A DNA stretch of 64,000 nucleotides from Candidatus Fermentibacteraceae bacterium (GTDB lineage Bacteria; Fermentibacterota; Fermentibacteria; Fermentibacterales; JCC-6), in the NCBI GenBank assembly GCA_041750285.1, contig JBGSZS010000012.1:1-64000 (forward strand), written 5' to 3'. How positions within the stretch are numbered: position 1 is the stretch's first letter; every line of letters begins with the position of its first letter. Made by a program: the position numbers and the translations under genes. The notes under the pieces are model-generated. The model worked only from the letters and a program-made list of their open reading frames with translations. It made no database searches and was not told where the DNA came from. This document shows positions 56,338 to 64,000 of the stretch, one piece after another.

Positions 56338-57416
56338 ACGGCTGTTCTTCCAGTGATCCTTCTCTGCTTCAGTGTCGCCAGGATGAGTTTTGGAATAAAG
56401 GCCGGATCGCAGACCAGATTGCACGATACAGCGCACTCCCATGTGCAGGTGCAGTTGTTCTTCGCAACGTAATCGATGAACCGGGAGGACTTCTTCAGGA
56501 TCAGCCTCAGGTCGTAGCCGTTCTCCCTCAGGTCTCCAAGGATGTCATCCCTGCACTCGCAGAGCCTCACCTGGCCGGTTTCGCTTATCACCGTGAACTT
56601 CCTGCCGGCGGTGCAGTTCGAAAGCAGCTTTCCGGAGATCACCTTTTCAAGCCCCTTGATGTAGAGGTCGTTCAGCCCCCTGAAGAATGGGCTGAAAGCA
56701 CGGTTTTCCCTCGCCGTGCTGCCGGCCCTGTAAACTGCGAGTTCCCTGATGCATTCATCGGGGTCGCACCTGTCGTGAACAAGCCGCGGCCACTCGGGCC
56801 TCAGGAGATGAAGTTCATGGTTGTCGGGGCCGATGTTCTCCCTGACCCATTTCCTGAGCACCTCGTGATCCTGCGTGGGGCTGTTCAGGTAGATCGAGAC
56901 GATATCCATTGTCAGGTTTTTCCGGGTCTTCTTGAGCTCGTTGATGGCTGCCGTTGTTTCGAGGACCTTCGCCAGACAGCCTTCGATCCCCCTTGCAGTG
57001 TCATGGTTCGAATCGGGGTGGTCTATGCTGAAGGCTGCCCTGAAATGGCACTTCGGGTACTTCTCCGTGAGCCTGTCGAACAACTCGACCGACCTTTCCC
57101 GGGAAAGGCCGTTGGAGGGAACCGTGATGAACTGCGAGTGGGCGTTTTCTATGAAGTATCCGATGATATCGAAGAGATCGTCCCTCAGGACCGGCTCTCC
57201 CCCGGATATGAGCAGGTATGGAACGTTGCCGCACTTTTTTGACATGCGAAGGTATTCGCCGGTCGTGAGTTCGCTCGTCTTCCTCTCCCTGGATGCCACT
57301 TCGCTTCCGTAGAAGCAGAAACTGCACTTCGCGTTGCAGTTGGACGTGACGAAGAGGATCAGATATGACGGCTGGTTCCTGTCCAGGTAACTGCACGCCA
57401 TTTTCGCGATATTCAT
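56334..57416 (-). CDS. Radical SAM protein with SPASM/twitch domain
   Basis: ATG 57416 with AGGAGGG SD; FVTSNCNAKCSFC, SGGEP.LR, CTAG...G.V.LCE...CTCTWEC. Confidence 0.9.
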   Translation of the reverse strand: MNIAKMACSYLDRNQPSYLILFVTSNCNAKCSFCFYGSEVASRERKTSELTTGEYLRMSKKCGNVPYLLISGGEPVLRDDLFDIIGYFIENAHSQFITVPSNGLSRERSVELFDRLTEKYPKCHFRAAFSIDHPDSNHDTARGIEGCLAKVLETTAAINELKKTRKNLTMDIVSIYLNSPTQDHEVLRKWVRENIGPDNHELHLLRPEWPRLVHDRCDPDECIRELAVYRAGSTARENRAFSPFFRGLNDLYIKGLEKVISGKLLSNCTAGRKFTVISETGQVRLCECRDDILGDLRENGYDLRLILKKSSRFIDYVAKNNCTCTWECAVSCNLVCDPAFIPKLILATLKQRRITGRTAV

Positions 57417-57730
57417 GCAATTCCCTCCTGCGCTGTTCCAGCGGACGGCGCAGGAGGAAGTCTGCGGAGTGCTGCTGGGAACGGTTCGATGTGCGGTTTC
57501 CATGGAAACCCGGTTGTTCAGAACCTTGTAGTGAAACGCACGGTCTTTGTTCCAGCGGAGACCGGCCCCGTCTGCGCCGGCACTGAGCACCATGCCCCGC
57601 GCAGTTTTGTTCACTGATCATCGTCATTAAAATGATTGAACCGGAGGTAGAATGGGCGCTATTGATATATTGCGGGAATGATGCATATGTACTATCATGC
57701 ACAGCCAAGACCTGAGCCTCGGGAGGAACG

Positions 57731-58834
57731 GTGACCAGGAACCCGCAGTCAGAAACGGATGGGATGCGGGACGCTCCCGTGATCGAAAGATGCAGCAGGT
57801 GCGTTCTTCCGGGAACCTATCCGGGCATAGGCTTCGACTCCGCCGGTGTGTGCTCATTTTGTGCCGGACATCAGGCGATGTACGGCAGCATAGACTGGAA
57901 CGCCCGGGAGAAGAGGCTTGAGAGAATTCTCAGCCGCTACAGGGGACGCAGCGGCGGGAAGTACGACTGCCTCGTGCCTTTCAGCGGGGGAAAGGATTCG
58001 AGCTACACGCTGTACCTCCTTGTGAGGAAGTACGGCATGAACCCGCTCGCCCTCAATGTCGACAACGGTTTCACAAGTCCAGGGGCCAGGGCATTCATCG
58101 CCGGATTCACGGAAAGGCTCGGAGTGGACCTCGAGGTGTGCAACCCCCCTGAAGACCTACTGAAGAGGGCATACCGGCACGCCATGGAGAGGACCGGCGA
58201 GTTCTGCAGCGCCTGCGTCGTCCTCATACCCAACGCCATCGACAGGACTGCATGGGAAAGGGGCATCAGGCTTGTCGTGGGCTCGTTCTGCAGCATGACC
58301 GAGCAGCCGCCCGCGGAGATGGCCAACATGGACGCGAAAAGGTTCTGGAACATCATGAGGGACAGGTTCACAAGGAGGGAGTTGGACAGGGACTTCTTCT
58401 TTCCGTTCTGGAAGAGGTTCTTGGGGATCAGATACATCGACATGCCTGACTTCGTCTTCTGGGATGTCCCGGCAATACACCGGACCCTGGCCGCCGAAGG
58501 CGGTTTCGCAAGGAATCTCACGGAATTGAGGTCCGACTGCAGGGCAACGCCGTTTTCGAACTACCTCTTCAACAGGATAGCGGGCTACGGCAAGATGGAC
58601 TTCCTGCTCGCCGGCATGGTCCGGTGCGGTTTCATGGAACGGGATGCGGCCCTGAGGATGCTGGAAGGGTTCGACCCTGAAACCCCTCCCGAGGGTTTTC
58701 ACGATTTCATGGCGGAGATTGGCTGCCCACCCGACATTCTCGCACGGACGAAAGGGCTTCGGGCTTCGGATTACTCCGGAAGGGATCCCTTGCTCAGGCG
58801 CATCGCGCACTCCTTCAGGAAGCACGTTCACTGA
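57731..58834 (+). CDS. PP-loop ATP pyrophosphatase, N-acetyl sugar amidotransferase-like
   Basis: CSRCVLP...FD..GVCSFC, YDCLVPFSGGKDSSY, DNGF, FCSAC, VR.G.M.R..AL; start could instead be ATG 57764. Confidence 0.82.
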   Translation: MTRNPQSETDGMRDAPVIERCSRCVLPGTYPGIGFDSAGVCSFCAGHQAMYGSIDWNAREKRLERILSRYRGRSGGKYDCLVPFSGGKDSSYTLYLLVRKYGMNPLALNVDNGFTSPGARAFIAGFTERLGVDLEVCNPPEDLLKRAYRHAMERTGEFCSACVVLIPNAIDRTAWERGIRLVVGSFCSMTEQPPAEMANMDAKRFWNIMRDRFTRRELDRDFFFPFWKRFLGIRYIDMPDFVFWDVPAIHRTLAAEGGFARNLTELRSDCRATPFSNYLFNRIAGYGKMDFLLAGMVRCGFMERDAALRMLEGFDPETPPEGFHDFMAEIGCPPDILARTKGLRASDYSGRDPLLRRIAHSFRKHVH

Positions 58835-58889
58835 TGGATCGGAATAACCGCTGCGGGTGTTTCCGTATTGAATCCGTGAAGGGACCAGC

Positions 58890-60320
58890 GTGAAGACGGT
58901 TCTCGCGTATCCGAGATACAGGTGGTTCGAATACAACGGGATGGCCGAGCCGCTGGGGCTTCTTCAGGTTGCGTCGGCGCTCCTGCAGGCGGGCCATGAT
59001 GTCGTTTTCGCCGACTACTCCTTCGCCGATTCCCTTGAGCGGATGGATCACATGTACGAAGGCGCTGGGCTTTGCGGCATATCGGTGTCCGCCGCGGCGA
59101 TGACCGGCAGGGCCGGCGAAGTGGCGGGGCACGTGAAGAGGCTCTACCCCGGGCTTCCCATCGTTGCCGGTGGCGCGTACCCCAGCATCTTTCCCGAAGC
59201 GGTCATGGAAGAAATGCCTGTTGACCTGGTTCTTGCCGGTGAAGCCGAGGAATCCATGGTGGAACTTGCCGGAAGGGTCGCACAGGGTCTGGACTATTCC
59301 TCAGTGCCCAACCTCACCTGGAGGGACGATGCCGGGCGCGTGCACACGAATTCCAGAAGACCGGTTAACCGTGAACTGGATTCGCTTCCCTTTCCCGCCA
59401 GATCCCTCGTGGACTACGACAGCTACCTGAAGAACGGGATGCACGAGTACGGCATGATCACCTCGAGGGGATGTCCCTACAACTGCATGTACTGCAAGCC
59501 GAGCACCGACCTGATCTTTGGGGGGGGGATCAGGTACCGCTCCGCCAGGAACGTCGTTGACGAGGTGTCGGAACTCGCCCGTCTTCGCAACACGTCAGTG
59601 CTGCCGGTCTTCTTCAAGGACGACACGATCACACTCCACCCGACGGAGTGGTTCGGGGAGCTTCGTGACCTTCTTGCCGCAAGGCGGTTGAAGCTGAAGT
59701 GGCACTGCGCCACAAGGGTCGATACGGTTACCCGTGGCAAGCTGCGGGTGATGGCTGAATCAGGGTGTCACTGCATCTCCTTCGGCGTCGAGAGCGGCAG
59801 CCAGAGGATCCTCGACTTCTACAGGAAGGGAACCACACCGGCGCAGGCCGTTTCAGCGTTCAAATGGTGCCGTGAGTCGGGGATCGAGGCCACCGCGATG
59901 CTGATGATCGGATGCCCCGAGGAACGCCCCGAAGACCTGGAGGCCACCTTCAGCCACCTGAGGGAACTGAAGCCTGACGATATCGTCGTCTACTTCTCCA
60001 CTGCCATTCCCGGCAGGGAGATACACCAGTGGGCAAGGGACCGGGGCTATCTCATCGAAGACTCTGATCCTGAGCTGCTCGATCCGGCCAGGAACAGGGC
60101 ATGTGAAGTGATGAACATGCGGCTTCCCCACCTGGGGCTTTCAGACGTGCTGGGCTGGAAGCACAGGATCGAGAGATACCGCAGCTGGCGGAAGATGACC
60201 AGCCCCGGGAACGTTCGGAAATGGCTGCTCGAGCTTGTCAGAGACCCGGCGAAGGCCGCCGGGAAGGCCGCAACCGTGCTCAGGGGTTTCACCGGCGACA
60301 GCGACGGGGCACATGACTGA
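58890..60320 (+). CDS. Cobalamin-binding radical SAM protein (class B-like)
   Basis: PLGLL.VAS, GGAYPS, GEAE, TSRGCPYNCMYC, FKDDT, GVESGSQRIL, MIGCP.E. Confidence 0.9.
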   Translation: MKTVLAYPRYRWFEYNGMAEPLGLLQVASALLQAGHDVVFADYSFADSLERMDHMYEGAGLCGISVSAAAMTGRAGEVAGHVKRLYPGLPIVAGGAYPSIFPEAVMEEMPVDLVLAGEAEESMVELAGRVAQGLDYSSVPNLTWRDDAGRVHTNSRRPVNRELDSLPFPARSLVDYDSYLKNGMHEYGMITSRGCPYNCMYCKPSTDLIFGGGIRYRSARNVVDEVSELARLRNTSVLPVFFKDDTITLHPTEWFGELRDLLAARRLKLKWHCATRVDTVTRGKLRVMAESGCHCISFGVESGSQRILDFYRKGTTPAQAVSAFKWCRESGIEATAMLMIGCPEERPEDLEATFSHLRELKPDDIVVYFSTAIPGREIHQWARDRGYLIEDSDPELLDPARNRACEVMNMRLPHLGLSDVLGWKHRIERYRSWRKMTSPGNVRKWLLELVRDPAKAAGKAATVLRGFTGDSDGAHD

Positions 60321-61221
60321 CGGCGCCCTGGTAGCGGCGATCAACCTGAACGGCGGAGGCTTCATACTGCCGATGGTGGAGTCCCTGCTCCCGCAGCTTG
60401 CTGAAACCGGCTCAAGCCTTCTTCTGTTCGACAACAGCTCGTCCGACGGGTCCGCTGACCGCGTGGAGGAAACGTTTGGGTCAAGCGGCCTCGTATCGGT
60501 TGAGCGGAACACGTCGAACATAGGGTTCGGCAGGGCCGCCAACAGGATCATCAACCGCTGCGACAACAGCGTCGTGGTGCTGGTGAACACCGATACCGTG
60601 ATCATGCCGGGATGCCTGAAGAAGCTCCTGACATGCATGGACGAGCACCCCGAAGCGGCCTTTGCGGGTCCGAAGCTGCGCTGGCCCGATGGCACCCTTC
60701 AGAGTTCCAAGCGGGATTTTCCGTTTCCGCTGAACCTGGTCTGGGAGAACATCCCCTTTCTCAGGAAGGGAACCGCCAAGCACTCGAATCACAGGGAAAG
60801 CGGCTATGCGGACTGGCTCGTGGGCGCGATGATGGCGGTGAGAACAGCTCCGTTCAGGGAGATGGGCGGTTTTTCCGAGGAGTTCATGTTCTTCCACGAG
60901 GAGACGGACCTTCAGTACAGGCTTTCGGAACACGGCTGGAGGGTGTGGTTCGAGGCCTCGGCTGAGGTGATGCACATAGGGGGAGCTTCCACCCCTCAGG
61001 TCTATGGAGGCATGAGCATGCTGCAGCATATTCCGGGCAAGCTCGTCTTCCTGGAAAGGCATGGAAGACCCTGCGATGCAGCCCTCTACAGGATCCTCAT
61101 GACCGCGCTGCAGATAAGCCGGTATGCGACAGGTCTTCTTCCGGGGAAGCGTGACATCAGGTGGAACAGGGAGTACATCGGACGGGCGCTCAGACTGCTC
61201 TGGCACAGGGGGACAGGATGA
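60313..61221 (+). CDS. Glycosyltransferase family 2
   Basis: DNSSSDGS, NIGFGRAAN, VNTD, GPKL...DG, DWLVGA.M, GGF.E.F....EETDL, H.GGAS. Confidence 0.9.
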   Translation: MTDGALVAAINLNGGGFILPMVESLLPQLAETGSSLLLFDNSSSDGSADRVEETFGSSGLVSVERNTSNIGFGRAANRIINRCDNSVVVLVNTDTVIMPGCLKKLLTCMDEHPEAAFAGPKLRWPDGTLQSSKRDFPFPLNLVWENIPFLRKGTAKHSNHRESGYADWLVGAMMAVRTAPFREMGGFSEEFMFFHEETDLQYRLSEHGWRVWFEASAEVMHIGGASTPQVYGGMSMLQHIPGKLVFLERHGRPCDAALYRILMTALQISRYATGLLPGKRDIRWNREYIGRALRLLWHRGTG

Positions 61222-62327
61222 TCCGGCTTTTCAGGCCTTCCTACGACGGGCTCGAGCTGTCTGCTGTCGCAGAGGTCCTCGAAACTGGATGGACAGGCCT
61301 GGGCCCGAAAACGGCCCTCTTCGAGGGGTCCTTCGCCGACTTCTGCTCGACGGAATACTGCGTTGGTCTGTCAAGCGGGACGGCCGCGCTCCAGATGGCA
61401 CTGAAGCTCGTCGGAGTGAAAGAGGGCGACCAGGTCATAGTGCCCGCGGTTACTTTCGTATCGGCCGCCCACTGTGTGCTGAACGCAGGCACGACCCCCG
61501 TCTTCTCCGATGTCCTGCCCGGCACCCTCAACATCGATCCGCACCATGCGAAACAGCTTGTAACGGAACGGACCAGGGCGGTAATCCCCGTCCACCTGGC
61601 GGGCTACCCGGCCGACATGGACACTCTCCAAGCCCTTGTTGAACCGGTTCCGGTGATAGAGGACTGCGCACACGCCGCAGGGGCTTCTTACAGGGGCCGG
61701 CCGGTGGGGTCACTTGGTGAGATCGGGTGCTTCAGCTTTCATGCCGTCAAGAACCTGTCCATGGGCGAGGGGGGTGCCATCGTCACCAACCTTGGCGATT
61801 TCGCACGGAGGGCGAAGAAGCTTAGATGGCTGGGCATAGACAGGGACACCTGGGACAGGTCCGGGATGGACAGGTCGTACTGGTGGGAGTACAGGGTTGA
61901 CGAGATCGGAATGAACTGCCACATGGACGACATTCACGCGGCCATCGGGCTGGTCCAGCTGAAGAAGCTGGACAGCGCCAACAGAAGAAGGCGCGAGATA
62001 GCAGGTCTTTACGATCAGGGTCTGTCCGACCTTCAGGAGGTGGTGCTCCCGCCCCGGGAGAACGGTGATTACGTGTCGTCATGGCACATGTACAGGATCG
62101 AGGCAGACCGGCGGGACGAGCTGAACGTGTTCCTTGACCGTGCGGGGATCTGCACGGGAGTGCACTACAAGCCGCTTCACCTCTACTCCTGTTACGGCGT
62201 GCAGCCACCGCTGCCCGTGGCGGAGAGCGCGTTCGCCCGAATACTCACCCTGCCCATGTACCCCGACCTTACCGACGCCCAGGTCTCGATGGTCATAGAC
62301 TCGGTGAGAAGGTTCTACATTGGCTGA
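61218..62327 (+). CDS. DegT/DnrJ/EryC1/StrS family sugar aminotransferase
   Basis: SSGTAAL, GD.VIVP..TF, PVH.AG.PADM, IEDCAHA.G, FSFHAVKNL.MGEGG, LTLPMYP. Confidence 0.93.
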   Translation: MIRLFRPSYDGLELSAVAEVLETGWTGLGPKTALFEGSFADFCSTEYCVGLSSGTAALQMALKLVGVKEGDQVIVPAVTFVSAAHCVLNAGTTPVFSDVLPGTLNIDPHHAKQLVTERTRAVIPVHLAGYPADMDTLQALVEPVPVIEDCAHAAGASYRGRPVGSLGEIGCFSFHAVKNLSMGEGGAIVTNLGDFARRAKKLRWLGIDRDTWDRSGMDRSYWWEYRVDEIGMNCHMDDIHAAIGLVQLKKLDSANRRRREIAGLYDQGLSDLQEVVLPPRENGDYVSSWHMYRIEADRRDELNVFLDRAGICTGVHYKPLHLYSCYGVQPPLPVAESAFARILTLPMYPDLTDAQVSMVIDSVRRFYIG

Positions 62328-63039
62328 TCCCAGGGTGATCTGCATGTGCGGTATGGACCTCGGGTACCGGATCGCAGAATTCCTTCTCAGCACCGGTGTT
62401 GAAGCCGCATTCGTCGTGAACCGTGGAGAGACCACCCGGGAATGGTACCGGACACCGCTGGAGCTTGGCATCAACAGTATCAGCCACAGGGATGCGGCCG
62501 CATGGAAGCCTGATCTCATAATCACCGCCTACTATCACAGGATACTCCGCTCATCGGTCTTCGACCTTCCACCCCTTGGGGCCTGGAACATTCACCTGGG
62601 TGACGCTGAACGGTACAGGGGGGCCTATCCTTCGATACGCGCCCTGATCAACGGCGACGCGACCTACGGAGTCACACTTCACAGGATCGACAAGGGGATC
62701 GACACAGGCGACATACTTGAAAAGCTCTTTTTTCCGATCCCCCCGGGCTCGACCGGCCGTGACCTTTACTATCTGATGGTCGGGAAGGGTGTCGAGCTGT
62801 TCAGGGGACAATGGGAACATCTGCTTTCCGGCGAGGCCCTGAACATGACCCGGCCCCAGAACGGCCTCAAGGCCGAGACCATGCTCAGAAAAGAGCTGAC
62901 ACACAGGCTGCATCCCGATGAGGAGTTCATCAACAAAGTCCGGGCACTAACCTTTCCCCCCTTTCCGCCACCGTACTTCGTCTGCTCCGGCAGAAGGTAC
63001 GTCGTGATCGAGGACCCGGAAGACAGAAGTACCCGCTGA
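62320..63039 (+). CDS. Formyltransferase family protein (probable NDP-sugar N-formyltransferase)
   Basis: PDLII...Y..IL, NIHLG...YRGAYP, GVTLH.ID.GIDTGDIL, RALTFPPFPPPY; TTG start overlapping the aminotransferase. Confidence 0.85.
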   Translation: MADPRVICMCGMDLGYRIAEFLLSTGVEAAFVVNRGETTREWYRTPLELGINSISHRDAAAWKPDLIITAYYHRILRSSVFDLPPLGAWNIHLGDAERYRGAYPSIRALINGDATYGVTLHRIDKGIDTGDILEKLFFPIPPGSTGRDLYYLMVGKGVELFRGQWEHLLSGEALNMTRPQNGLKAETMLRKELTHRLHPDEEFINKVRALTFPPFPPPYFVCSGRRYVVIEDPEDRSTR

Positions 63040-63236
63040 AGATCCCGCGTCAACGTTCAGACTTCGGTCAGACGGTCCCGCTCCGGGTACCGCAGGTGCA
63101 AATGTTGCATTGTGAGGGTTGCTTCCGAGATGTATGGACACAGTTACCTGTGTTCCGCTGCGCTTAAGCGAATTGTGATCGGGGTGCTTCCCTCAATGGC
63201 GATAAACCTTCGAATCGGGAATGTGCTCCAGCGGAC

Positions 63237-63285
63237 TTGACATTTACTCAATGTCTTGAGTAAACTTACTCAGTGCAATGAGTAA
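63237..63285 (+). promoter_or_regulatory. Promoter covered by two tandem palindromic operators
   Basis: TTGACA (63237)-N18-TAAACT (63261); TTTACTCA-N6-TGAGTAAA at 63243-63264 and TTACTCA-N6-TGAGTAA at 63266-63285. Confidence 0.75.
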
Positions 63286-63295
63286 AAGGAGAAAC

Positions 63296-64000
63296 ATGTT
63301 CAGAAGAAGCACTTACGGAACACTGCTTTCCAGGCTCAGCGGAAGGCCAACAAGAATTCAGGTTGTTTCCGGACCCAGACAGGTCGGAAAGACCACCATG
63401 GTCCGCCAGGTGTTGGAGACTCTTCGGGAGTCGGGTGAAAAGGTCTTCTACAATTCTGCGGATTATCCTGCTCCGGGAAACAGAACATGGATCGAATCCT
63501 GCTGGAATGCAGCCAGGCTGGGAAGCTCAGGGGGCAGGGCATTTCTTGTTCTTGACGAAGTTCAGAAGGTTCATGGCTGGTCCGAGGCCGTCAAGGGTCT
63601 CTGGGACGGGGAACGGGATGGATCAGGTCGCCTCTCGGTTGTACTGCTCGGGTCCTCTCCGCTGCTCATGCAGGCCGGGCTGACCGAAAGCCTTGCAGGC
63701 AGATTCGAGGTCATCCGGATGGGACACTGGGATTATTTCGAGATGAAAGAAGCATTCGGCTATTCACTGGAGCAGTATCTGACTTACGGCGGTTACCCGG
63801 GATCTGCTGATCTCATCGGTGACTTCCAAAGGTTCAGAAGCTACATTCTTGATTCTCTCATCGAGACTTCTATTTCAAGGGACATCCTGATGATGAACAG
63901 GGTGGAGAAGCCGGTTCTCCTGCGGAACCTGTTCATGCTTGCCTGTCAGTACCCGGGTCGGATCGTTTCCTACACAAAAATGCTTGGGCAGCTTCAGGAT
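63296..64000 (+). CDS. AAA+ ATPase of the AAA_14/DUF4143 (COG1373) type, running off the window end
   Basis: Not in the ORF track (no stop in window). Manual translation from ATG 63296 after AAGGAG gives GPRQVGKTT, LDEVQK, LLGSS, ESLAGR and YGGYP. Confidence 0.88.
   Translation, partial: MFRRSTYGTLLSRLSGRPTRIQVVSGPRQVGKTTMVRQVLETLRESGEKVFYNSADYPAPGNRTWIESCWNAARLGSSGGRAFLVLDEVQKVHGWSEAVKGLWDGERDGSGRLSVVLLGSSPLLMQAGLTESLAGRFEVIRMGHWDYFEMKEAFGYSLEQYLTYGGYPGSADLIGDFQRFRSYILDSLIETSISRDILMMNRVEKPVLLRNLFMLACQYPGRIVSYTKMLGQLQD

Noticed and set aside
57417..57614. RiPP precursor peptide or 66-aa N-terminal extension of the SPASM radical SAM
   Set aside because: A strong SD precedes ATG 57416, the extension has no recognisable features, and the cluster has no RRE, peptidase or transporter; the neighbours point to sugar chemistry
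63243..63285. CRISPR repeats or IS terminal inverted repeats
   Set aside because: There are only two abutting 20-22 bp units with no spacers, cas genes or transposase; their position over a promoter fits operators

Overview
GC-rich, gene-dense bacterial chromosomal window. Most genes are on the + strand. I found no rRNA, tRNA, CRISPR array or IS element. The housekeeping backbone is secA (5' end outside the window), recG, lon, xerD, pheS/pheT of archaeal architecture, uvrB, purB/purL/purQ plus a PurS-like gene, a radical SAM fusion next to rng and rplU, folD, aroQ, efp and dacB. Two proteins end in T9SS-like C-terminal domains and three end in a short TWGxxKALF tail. From recalled family knowledge this suggests an FCB-related candidate lineage such as Fermentibacterota (inference, not tested). 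The most notable items are: (1) a tandem trio of very acidic secreted paralogs whose only mature-chain lysine is in the TWGxxKALF tail, followed by a GT-C-like membrane glycosyltransferase, a candidate surface-protein sorting/anchoring system; (2) a signal-peptide-bearing multi-PPC metacaspase; (3) an IspH fused to a UbiA-like membrane domain; (4) a divergent glycan-tailoring cluster with three radical SAM enzymes, a PP-loop ATPase, a GT2, an aminotransferase and an N-formyltransferase, with a structured leader; (5) a ~170-nt structured RNA candidate after folD; (6) tandem operators over the promoter of an AAA/DUF4143-type ATPase that the ORF track misses. All calls come from reading motifs by eye; no searches were run.
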